Part shown: piece after piece, positions 12,759-26,812 of the stretch
Numbering within the stretch: the first letter of the stretch is position 1
Layout of the letters: each line of letters starts with the position of its first letter
DNA from: Octopus sinensis
Taxonomy: Eukaryota
DNA length: 33,937 bases
NCBI RefSeq assembly: GCF_006345805.1
Contig: NW_021833413.1
Location: 1-33,937 of the forward strand
Direction of reading: 5' to 3'
The notes under the pieces: model-generated
The model's input: only the letters and a program-made list of their open reading frames with translations
Told to the model about the DNA's origin: nothing
Databases searched by the model: none
Position numbers and translations under genes: made by a program

Positions 12759-13152
12759 CTAGCAGTATCGCCCGGCGTTGCTCGGGTTTGTAAGGGAAAT
12801 AATTATATAAGCATTTTTAGAGATGTAAAGTATAATAGCCATCTCAATGTGGCTAACCAGAAAGGGGGCGGGGGTGTTACTGTAGCTTTTTACGTTCTGA
12901 GATTTAATAATAAATTTTAGAGAGTTACTTCCCTTATATATGTCAAAAATGGATTAAAAATGGGAAAAATTGATGGTAAATTTTTTTTTTTAAATCGTAG
13001 ACTCATCGTAGGCGCGCGAATACCCAGACGGTCTCGATATGAATCACGACTATAAGATACCCGTTTTGGTAAACTGCACCCCAAAATGTGGGAGTAGTTA
13101 GGAATCTAAATCGTAGGAGACAGACACACAACCTCACTTTTATATATAAAGA
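12759..13152 (-). mobile_element. Non-autonomous Helitron (394 bp)
   Basis: Minus strand reads A|TCTTTATATATAAAAG...CCCGAGCAACGCCGGG-CGATACTG-CTAG|T. It has a 5' TC, a 3' CTAG, a GC-rich subterminal hairpin (12771-12786), insertion between A and T, and no TSD. Confidence 0.9.
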
Positions 13153-13215
13153 TTTCCTCTATTACATAATATTGAGGTCTCTTTCTTTCTTGTGTTATCT
13201 TACTGTTTTTAACCA

Positions 13216-13310
<95 letters not shown>

Positions 13311-13632
13311 GTTACAGAGATGTACTTGCATAGCACGTGACTTGATCTGAGATCGTGTTGCTGGAACGAAAACAGTTGCAGCGTTGAAGGTGTTTATAAG
13401 CCATTTAAGAAACACACAAAAATCGTTGATTCACTCAACATTTAAATTTAATTTGTCAAAATATTTTCGTCGCTTGAGACCGCGACCTGTTAGCACGATA
13501 TTTTTTGTCAGTGAACAGGTCGCGGTCCTCAAAGCGAGGAAAAATTTTGGCAAATTAAATTTAAATGTTGAAGTGAATCTAACGGGTTTTGTGTGTTTCT
13601 TAAATGGCTTACAAACACCTTCCACGCTGCAA
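13311..13632. mobile_element. Miniature fold-back PLE derivative: ~117-bp inverted arms (13376-13491 / 13514-13632) plus a one-sided 65-bp tail
   Basis: The arms are reverse complements, contain a hammerhead variant and sit in (TA)n. Confidence 0.72.
13507..13551 (+). ncRNA. Minimal hammerhead variant with G3-C8 core (GUGAACA), degenerate; partial inverted copy at 13455-13491
   Basis: The consensus of the two arms is GUCA-GUGAACA-GGUCGC(loop)GCGAC-GAAA-AUAU-UU-UGAC, with stem I GUCA/UGAC and palindromic stem III AAUAUU. Confidence 0.62.
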
Positions 13633-13714
13633 TATATATATACACACATATATATATATATGTATGTATGTATGTATGTGTGTATATGTGTATGCATGTA
13701 TGTGTGTGTGTGCG

Positions 13715-13932
13715 TGTCTGTGCTTGTGATTGTCCTCCACCACTGCTTGACAACGAATGTTGGTTTGTTTACATCCCTGTCACCTAGTGGTTTGACAAAG
13801 GAAACAGATAGAATAAGTACAATGCTTACAAAAATAAAACTAGAGTTGATTCATCAAACTACAATTCTTCCAGGCATTGCCCCAGCATGGCCACAGACCA
13901 ATGGCTGGAAAAAGCAGAAGAATAAAAGAATA
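13715..13932 (+). mobile_element. SINE, older diverged copy of the 2535-2822 family
   Basis: It shares the GCTTGACA...GTTT.TGTTTA..TCCC.GT.AC body, GCCCCAGCATGGCCACAG and the GAATAAAAGAATA tail. Confidence 0.75.
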
Positions 13933-13997
13933 CATTCTCTGCTTTGGTCTTATGTTCAAGGCATGAGAAAGCTTGAGTTTACATGAGAAGGCCTAAC

Positions 13998-14270
13998 AGA
14001 CCGGTAGAAACAGCAGCCAAATCTCCCTCAAATCACACCTTACTGTCTTATGTATGTATAATATATGAGCCAATGAGGGGGACCTCTACATGGTAGCTAG
14101 ACCTGGTAGAAATAGCAGCCAAATTTCCCCCAAATCATACTTACTGTCTTATCTATGTATATATGTATGTATGAGCCTATGAGGGAGACCCCTACATGGC
14201 AGATAGACATGGTAGAAATAGCAGCCAAATCTCCCTTAAATCACACCTTACTGTCTTATGTATGTATATA
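13998..14270 (+). repeat. Tandem repeat, ~102-106-bp unit, ~2.6 copies
   Basis: TAGAAAYAGCAGCCAAAT..CCC..AAATCA.AC.TTACTGTCTTAT starts at 14005, 14107 and 14213. Confidence 0.9.
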
Positions 14271-14282
14271 TATATATATATA

Positions 14283-14749
14283 CAAGCCACTACGGTTATT
14301 TAATGTAAAGTCTTCCTCAAATCACTCTCGCTATTTACTCTCTTACAAGAACATTTTCACTCACTCTTATCTCTTAGCTTGCCATACATTTTACTCATGT
14401 ATCGATCAGCGTGATAGAGAGAAACAATATTACAATCGCCATCGCCATCGCATTCCAGTTGTCTACCTGTCAACACCACACAGTGAATTAGTTTTTCATT
14501 TTATTCGTTGCACACGTGTGTGTGCGTGTGCGTGTGGTGTAAACCCATTAAGAAAAGCATTGACATACACACCAGAATGTGAGTTTCTGTAAATTTTGCT
14601 TATTGGAGTTTAAATTTTAAAAACTGGACCTGGCATGACCCGATGCATTCTACTCTTAAAAATGCTAGGTAAATTGTAATTGAAGAAATCCTATATTTCT
14701 ATAACTGACAAAGGGAGGCAGATAAAATCTGCCTTTTTATAATAAGAGA
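14283..14749 (-). mobile_element. Possible second non-autonomous Helitron, 3' end decayed
   Basis: The minus strand begins A|TCTCTTATTATAAAAAG, resembling the 5' end of the 12759-13152 Helitron, followed by the hairpin AGGCAGAT-TTT-ATCTGCCT. No intact CTRR end is present. Confidence 0.45.
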
Positions 14750-14844
14750 TATATATATATGTATATATATGTATATATATATATATGTTTATTATGTATT
14801 ATATATATGTTATATATGTATATAGTATATATTATGTATACATA

Positions 14845-14883
<39 letters not shown>

Positions 14884-15043
14884 TACATATACAATATATA
14901 TACATACATATATATAATATAGATATATATATATTATATTATATATATATATATATTATATATATATATACATATATATTAATACATATACATATATTAT
15001 CACTATCTATATATAATATATATATAATATATATATAAATATA

Positions 15044-15099
<56 letters not shown>

Positions 15100-15137
15100 T
15101 TATATATATATATATAATATTTATATTATATATATAT
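14750..15137. repeat. (TA)n microsatellite
   Basis: Seen directly. Confidence 0.97.
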
Positions 15138-18778
<3,641 letters not shown>

Positions 18779-18878
18779 GGGGTGAGTACTTGATAATTAT
18801 AAGCACCTGTGTATACCGTTTGGTGGTGTAGGTGGTGGAGTAAATAGATCAAAATAAAAACATGATGCTAAGGATTCA

Positions 18879-18956
18879 GCGGTACATATGTTTCGGGCCT
18901 TTATTAGACAGATTTATAACAATGCATAATGTATGTCTGTGGCCTTCTTCAGCCGC
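18879..18956 (-). ncRNA. Minimal type I hammerhead ribozyme with extended stem II
   Basis: Reads GCGG-CUGAAGA-AGGCC(long insert)GGCCC-GAAA-CAUAUG-UA-CCGC, with palindromic stem III ACAUAUGU and a GUA site. Confidence 0.82.
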
Positions 18957-19758
18957 GCACAACAACTTCCACAAAAATTCTTGGTTGGGGATGCAAATCC
19001 TCTCATTCGCGTACGACATAATGCGGCAACAGCATAGAATTGAAGCGTCCATCTCTTTCTTCTCTCAATGTAGAATGAGGAAATTTGGATGTTGAAGTAA
19101 TGTAAATAAATACATATATAGACGTGAAGGGACCTGGTAATAAGAGTAAATGGGGGTAAAGATGGAGGGGCGAGAATTCAGGACGAAGGATAAAAAATAT
19201 ATAAAAAGTGTAAGTATATAAAAATATAAAAATGTAGAGTATAAAGAGATATAAGGAGATATAAAGGGGATATAAAGAATATAAAAAAATGTAAATGAAT
19301 ATAAAGGTATAAAGTTAAAATAGAAATAAAAATAAAAATCGGAATAAAAATGATAAAAAAGATAAAAAATGTAAAAAAAATATAAGGATAAGGGATGTAT
19401 AGTGGTTACGGACCAAATATGGTGGTCAGGAAAATGACAGAATTTAGTTGTAGAAGTTTTGGGTGTCAATAAATCAACCGGGGCGTCTGGGGACCTAGTG
19501 TGTTGTAAATCAGAGCTGTTGAGCAGTTAATCTAGTTCCTTGAATCAAGTGGTCATCTTGTACATACATACCAGCATGGATACATACACCCATATACACG
19601 CGCACATATACGCGCGCATACACAGCTCCAAGCGTATAAGCATACATACGTGCTCACGTGTAAACATATACAGAAACACATATACACCCACACACATGCG
19701 CATATATATATACATACAACAGAATATGCGCATATATACACGGATATTATACGTGTAC

Positions 19759-19792
<34 letters not shown>

Positions 19793-21094
19793 GCACATAC
19801 ACATATACACATACACATACACATATGCATACACATAATTTTTATATTTTATTTCTAACTTTTATATTGTATTTCTTATTTTATATTGTATTTCTTACTT
19901 TTATTTCTAATTTTTACTCTTACCCTCATTCTTACCCCTAACTTATCGCTTTATATCTCTATATATGTCTATTTTTTTATGGATCCGCTTTATGATTATA
20001 CGTGCGTCCGTGTACGTATCTATACGTATACATATGCATATGTTTACACATATTTGTATACATCTTTTAATATCTTATAGCTATACCTATACGCGCGTAT
20101 GTCTCTGTGTGTGTATGTAAATGTATATGTACACGCACATATGGACACACAGACGTGTGTGCGTGTACGTGTAGACGTGAGTGCGTGATTCTTTACATGC
20201 ATTCTTATATACATCTTCTAATATCTTATATCTAAACCTGTATGTGTGGGCATCTGTGTATGTGTTCGTAAGGATAGGCGTACGTATGTATATATGGGTG
20301 TGTGTATATGCGTATGTATGTATAGGTATACATGTGCATATGTGTATGTTTACACATATTTGTATACATCTTTTAATATCTTATAGCTATACCTATACGC
20401 GCGTATGTCTGTGTGTGTGTATGTAAATGTATATGTACACGCACATATGGACACACAGCCGTGTGTGCGTGTACGTGTAGACGTGAGTGCGTGATTCTTT
20501 ACATGCGTTCTTATATACATCTTCTAATATCTTATATCTAAACCTGTATGTGTGGGCATCTGTGTATGTGTTTGTAAGGATGGACGTACGTATGTATATA
20601 TGGGTGTGTGTATATGTATGTATAGGTATACATGTGCATATGTGTATGCATATGTGTATGTGTATGTGTATATGTGTATGTGTATGTGTATATGTGTATG
20701 TGTATAAGAATTAAAATAAGGAATGAAAATAAAAATAAGAATAAAGGTAAAGCGTAAAGTAAAATAAAATAAAAATATAATCGGGTAAAGCTTAACATGA
20801 GATGAAGGAAAAAATAAAAGGTGGTTTAAAGTGTAAGGTTAAAGGTGTGTGCTAAAGGTGACCACGTAGGGGCGGGCGGGGGGAACTGAAAATTGGAAGG
20901 GTGGGAAGCGGAGTTTGGCGGTGTGCGCTCAACATCCGAGTTAGAAATGTGAAAAGGTATAGGTATAGGGAAATAAAAAGTCTAGATAGGAAGAATGTAG
21001 GTGTAGGAGAAGAAATATATAGGGAAAAAAAAACAAAACATATATGGGAGACAAAATGTGTATATATAGGAGGAAAATGCAGGGAAATATATAT

Positions 21095-21165
<71 letters not shown>

Positions 21166-21300
21166 CGTACACATATATGTATATACATATATACATGTAT
21201 ATATACACATATACACGCACATATAGGAAAGCGGGATGCGCTAGAGCCGACAGGTCGCACCGGGTGGGAGGAAATTGCATGGGGGAGTTGGTATAATAGC

Positions 21301-21849
21301 CTAAGCTTCGTAGTATTTGAAAGTATTAATAAGTTTGTGTATACAGGAAGGTTTGAACTCTGACCTTTTGTTAATAAGATTGTGTTTGTCTTTGAATTTC
21401 AAGATATTCAGGAGTTCTACACAACATAGTTTGCATCCTGCTCTATTATTTAAATAAGGTGCAGCTGATCCGATGATGGACCATCTGAGCTTGAAACCTA
21501 TGCATTTGTCTCTTAATTCCCAAATTTTTTTAGAAAGAGAGGTGCTGTTATCTTTATGTCTGTGTTTCAGCGAGGACCGGTGGTTGTAGTATCTGGATTT
21601 CCAGGAGGTTGAGCAACCTATGTAGGTGAGTGTGTTAAACTGGGTACTCACCTCACATGAATATATTACGTTTTTCGCCCTACATGCGCCCCGTTGTTGT
21701 GTTGGCGGGTGTTATTACTAACTGTTTGGGTAATATGGCTGCCAGTCTGATTATATTGTCTACTGTCTGGATGAGGGGGGTTCGGTTGGTCGCTATAGTT
21801 TGCTCTTGATCTAGCTGTTCTAATATTAATATAGTTATGTTTAGCTATA
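21301..21849 (-). pseudogene. PLE GIY-YIG endonuclease domain with a partly deleted linker
   Basis: In-frame extension upstream of the ORF gives GACRAKNVIYSCEV...TYIGCSTSWKSRYYNH...CKLCCVE...LINKRSEFKPSCIH. An IAKHN linker motif lies further upstream in another frame. Confidence 0.9.
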
Positions 21850-22382
21850 CTATCTAGACTTTTTATTTCCCTATACCTATACCTTTTCACATTTCTAACT
21901 CGGATGTTGAGCGCACACCGCCAAACTCCACTTCCCACCCTTCCAATTTTCAGTTCCCCCCGCCCGCCCCTACGTGGTCACCTTTAGCACACACCTTTAA
22001 CCTTACACTTTAAACCACCTTTTATTTTTTCCTTCGTCTCATGTTAAGCTTTACCCGATTATATTTTTATTTTATTTTACTTTATCCTATTCTATTACGC
22101 TTTACCTTTATTCTTATTTTTATTTTCATTCCTTATTTTAATTCTTATAGTTCTTATAATTTTTATATTTTATTTCTAACTTTTATATTGTATTTCTTAT
22201 TTTATATTGTATTTCTTACTTTTATTTCTAATTTTTACTCTTACCCTCATTCTTACCCCTAACTTATCGCTTTATATCTCTATATATGTCTATTTTTTTT
22301 TGCTTATCCCTTATTTACTGATCTATGGATCCGCTTTATGATTATACGTGCGTCCGTGTACGTATGTATACGTATACATATG

Positions 22383-24030
22383 CATATGTTTACACATATT
22401 TGTATACATCTTTTAATATCTTATAGCTATACCTATACGCACGTATGTCTCTGTGTGTGTATGTAAATGTATATGTACACGCACATATGGACACACAGCC
22501 GTGTGTGCGTGTACGTGTAGACGTGAGTTCGTGATTCTTTACATGCGTTCTTATATACATCTTCTAATATCTTATATCTAAACCTGTATGTGTGGGCATC
22601 TGTGTATGTGTTTGTAAGGATGGGTGTGTGTATATGCGTATGTATATGTGTATATACGTATGTATGTATGGGTGTGTGTATATGCGTATGTATGTATAGG
22701 TATACATGTGCATATGTGTATGTTTACACATATTTGTACATCTTTTAATATCTTATAGCTATACCTATACGCGCGTATGTCTCTGTGTGTGTATGTAAAT
22801 GTTATGTACACGCACATATGGACACACAGACGTGTGTGCGTGTACGTGTAGACGTGAGTTCGTGATTCTTTACATGCGTTCTTATATACATCTTCTAATA
22901 TCTTATATCTAAACCTTTATGTGTGGGCATCTGTGTATGTGTTTGTAAGGATGGGTGTGTGTATATGCGTATGTATATGTGTATATACGTATGTATGTAT
23001 GGGTGTGTGTATATGCGTATGTAGGTATAGGTATACATGTGCATATGTGTATGTTTACACATATTTGTATACATCTTTTAATATCTTATAGCTATACCTA
23101 TACGCGCGTATGTCTCTGTGTGTATGTAAATGTATATGTACACGCACATATGGACACACAGCCGTGTGTGCGTGTACGTGTAGACGTGAGTTCGTGATTC
23201 TTTACATGCGTTCTTATATACACTTCTAATATCTTATATCTAAACCTGTATGTGTGGGCATCTGTGTATGTGTTTGTAAGGATGGTGTGTGTATATGCGT
23301 ATGTATATGTGTATATACGTATGTATGTATGGGTGTGTGTATATGCGTATGTATGTATAGGTATACATGTGCATATGTGTATGTTTACACATATTTGTAT
23401 ACATCTTTTAATATCTTATAGCTATACCTATACGCGCGTATGTCTCTGTGTGTGTATGTAAATGTATATGTACACGCACATATGGACACACAGACGTGTG
23501 TGCGTGTACGTGTAGACGTGAGTTCGTGATTCTTTACATGCGTTCTTATATACATCTTCTAATATCTTATATCTAAACCTGTATGTGTGGGCATCTGTGT
23601 ATGTGTTTGTAAGGATGGGTGTGTGTATATGCGTATGTATATGTGTATATACGTATGTATGTATGGGTGTGTGTATATGCGTATGTATGTATAGGTATAC
23701 ATGTGCATATGTGTATGTTTACACATATTTGTATACATCTTTTAATATCTTATAGCTATACCTATACGCGCGTATGTCTCTGTGTGTGTATGTAAATGTA
23801 TATGTACACGCACATATGGACACACAGACGTGTGTGCGTGTACGTGTAGACGTGAGTGCGTGATTCTTTACATGCATTCTTATATACATCTTCTAATATC
23901 TTATATCTAAACCTGTATGTGTGGGCATCTGTGTATGTGTTTGTAAGGATGGACGTACGTATGTATATATGGGTGTGTGTATATGTATGTATAGGTATAC
24001 ATGTGCATATGTGTATGCATATGTGTATGT
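22383..24030 (+). repeat. ~332-bp tandem repeat, 5 units (only 2 units in the other arm, about 20040-20660)
   Basis: TTTACACATATTTGTA occurs at 22389, 22723, 23054, 23384 and 23718, and also at 20043 and 20349. Confidence 0.93.
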
Positions 24031-24897
24031 GTATGTGTATATGTGTATGTGCGTGTGTGTTTATATGTGTATATATATATATATGTACACGTATAATATC
24101 CGTGTATATATGCGCATATTCTGTTGTATGTATATATATATATGCGCATGTGTGTGGGTGTATATGTGTTTCTGTATATGTTTACACGTGAGCACGTATG
24201 TATGCTTATACGCTTGGAGATGTGTATGCGCGCGTATATGTGCGCGTGTATATGGGTGTATGTATCCATGCTGGTATGTATGTACAAGATGACACTTGAT
24301 TCAAGGAACTAGATTAACTGCTCAACAGCTCTGATTTACAACACACAGGTCCCGGTTGATTTATTGACACCCAAAACTTCTACTACAACTAAATTCTGTC
24401 ATTTTCCTGACCACATGTTTGGTCCGTAACCACTATACATCCCTTATCCTTATATTTTTTTTGCATTTTTTATCTTTTTTATCATTTTTATTCCGATTTT
24501 TATTTTTATTTCTATTTAAACTTTATACCTTTATATTCATTTACATTTTTTTTATATTCTTTATATCCCCTTTATATCTCCTTATATCTCTTTATACTCT
24601 ACATTTTTATATTTTTATATACTTACACTTTTTATATATTTTTTATCCTTCGTCCTGAATTCTCGCCCCTCCATCTTTACCCCCATTTACTCTTATTACC
24701 AGGTCCCTTCACGTCTATATATATATTTATTTACATTACTTCAACATCCAAATTTCCTCATTCTACATTGAGAGAAGAAAGAGATGGACACTTCAATTCT
24801 ATGCTGTTGCCGCATTATGTCGTACGCGAATGAGAAGATTTGCATCCCCAACCAAGAATTTTTGATGTAACACATGTCCTTGTGGAAGTTGTTGTGC

Positions 24898-24975
24898 GCG
24901 GCTGAAGAAGGCCACAGACATACATTATGCATTGTTATAAATCTGTCTAATAAAGACCCGAAACATATGTACCGC
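24898..24975 (+). ncRNA. Minimal hammerhead, inverted copy of 18879-18956 (one stem II substitution)
   Basis: Reads GCGG-CTGAAGA-AGGCC...GACCC-GAAA-CATATG-TA-CCGC. Confidence 0.78.
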
Positions 24976-25012
24976 TGAATCCTTAGCATCATGTTTTTTA
25001 TTTTGATCTATT

Positions 25013-25043
25013 TATATATATATATATATTATATATATTATAT

Positions 25044-25093
<50 letters not shown>

Positions 25094-25098
25094 CATAT

Positions 25099-25155
<57 letters not shown>

Positions 25156-25197
25156 TATATATATATATATAGATTATATATATATATATATATATTT

Positions 25198-25239
<42 letters not shown>

Positions 25240-25419
25240 TTATATATATATATATATATTATATATATATACATATTATTTATATATATATATATATTTA
25301 TACATATTTAGATATATTATATATATATATAATTATATATATATATATATAATATATATTATAATATATATATATATATATTATATATTATTTTATATAG
25401 ATATTTTATATATATTTAT

Positions 25420-25460
<41 letters not shown>

Positions 25461-25741
25461 AAATATATATGTTTATAATAAATATATATATTTATATATA
25501 TAAATATTTATATATATATATATATATATTTATTATATAGAAGGAGCTTCTACAGGACTAGTACTGTTTCATTCAAGAGAAATCTTCAGGAAGCTCAGGA
25601 AGCTTCTGAAGATTTCTCTTAATAAAACAGTTCTAGTCCTGTAGAAGCTCCTCTATATAATAAATTAATTTTACTCTACTAGGTATTGAGTACCTTATTT
25701 ACTGTGGTTAACCCCGAATCAACCCGGGACCTACATATATA

Positions 25742-25779
<38 letters not shown>

Positions 25780-26032
25780 TATATTCTATTATATATATTT
25801 ATATATAATACAATATATTATATATTTATAATATATATCTATCACATATATACTATATATTTATATATATCTTTATATCATATATATTTATATATATATA
25901 TATATATATACTTATATATTATATTATAAATATTTATATATATATATATATATATAATATATATATTATATACTATATATATATATATATATATAATATA
26001 TATATATATATATCTACATAATTATATAATTT
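25013..26032. repeat. (TA)n microsatellite interrupted by a hairpin element
   Basis: Seen directly. Confidence 0.96.
25533..25734. mobile_element. Miniature fold-back (~60-bp arms, 25533-25595 / 25601-25660) plus a one-sided tail, probably PLE-derived
   Basis: GGAGCTTCTACAGGACTAG...CTAGTCCTGTAGAAGCTCC has the same architecture as 13311-13632 and contains CTGAAGA...GAAAC. Confidence 0.55.
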
Positions 26033-26769
26033 ATATATGAAAAAACAAGTAAAAAATAGAAAATGCTAAAATAATTTTATAGTGAACATTTCAGTACCGG
26101 TTTCGGTCATTTTGAGACCTTTTCAACTGTAACGATTAAATAATTAAATTTAGAAAAATTAGAAGAAAGTTTTTTTAAAAGAATATTTCTATAGTAGTGT
26201 TCAGATTTAAGTGGCATTCTGCCTTTCTCTGACTCCCTTGTTTGCACTTGTGTAGTTCGAGGTAGTTGTGAGTTCTTGGTAGGGTAGTAGAGGAAGCTGG
26301 TGAGGAAAGGGGGGGTGGGAGAATCTGGGAGTGCCGTGATGGTCGTATTTTGAATGGTCAGTGGCGGCTGGCAGTCTCAGTTCAATTCAGGAGAATATTT
26401 ATTGACAGGCTTGTTTATAGAATTAGCGTAGGTGTTATACTAAAAACATTAGTGACAAACTTAAGGGGTAGGGGGTGGGAGAAGAAGAAGAAGAAGATGA
26501 AGAAGAAGAAGAAGAAGGAGAAGGAGAAGGAGAAGATGATGGTGATGGTGGTGATGATTATGACGACGATGATGGTGATAACGATGATGATGAAGAAGAA
26601 GAAGAGGAAGAAGGAGAAGATGGTGGTGATGATGGTGGCGATGATGATGACGCCGATGATGATGATAACGATGATGATGAAGAAGAAGAAAGAAGAAAAA
26701 AACAGAGAAGGGAGAATATGAATGGGTGTAATATAGCTATGAAGGGGCTGATTAGTAATGGATTCTATG
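26033..26769 (-). repeat. 3' pseudo-LTR containing (GAA)n/(GAT)n tracts
   Basis: Near-identical to 30380-31108. Confidence 0.93.
26092..26129 (-). ncRNA. Minimal hammerhead variant with U3-A8 core
   Basis: Reads CAG-UUGAAAA-GGUC UCAAAAU GACC-GAAA-CCGG-UA-CUG, with palindromic stem III ACCGGU. Confidence 0.8.
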
Positions 26770-26812
26770 GAGTGTAGTATTTGTGTGTGTATATATATTT
26801 TTTTCTTTTATT

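Noticed and set aside
13998-14270. CRISPR-like repeat/spacer appearance
   Set aside because: The spacers are homologous to each other, the context is eukaryotic and there are no cas genes. This is an ordinary tandem repeat.
18862-19095. Duplicated ORF MMLRIQRY... (also 24741-24992)
   Set aside because: It is antisense to the pLTR hammerhead region, the duplication is explained by the inverted repeat, and there is no recognisable domain.
21301-21651. Selenocysteine recoding as reported for some PLEs
   Set aside because: No in-frame TGA at conserved Cys positions in this remnant, and no SECIS could be recognised by eye.
18843-25012. DNA transposon with long terminal inverted repeats
   Set aside because: There is no transposase or TSD. 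The asymmetric tail, GIY-YIG and hammerheads indicate an inverted PLE pLTR.
26350-26777. Acidic E/D-rich and K/M-rich ORFs on the plus strand
   Set aside because: They derive from (GAA)n/(GAT)n tracts in the pLTR, and indels in the second pLTR break the frames.
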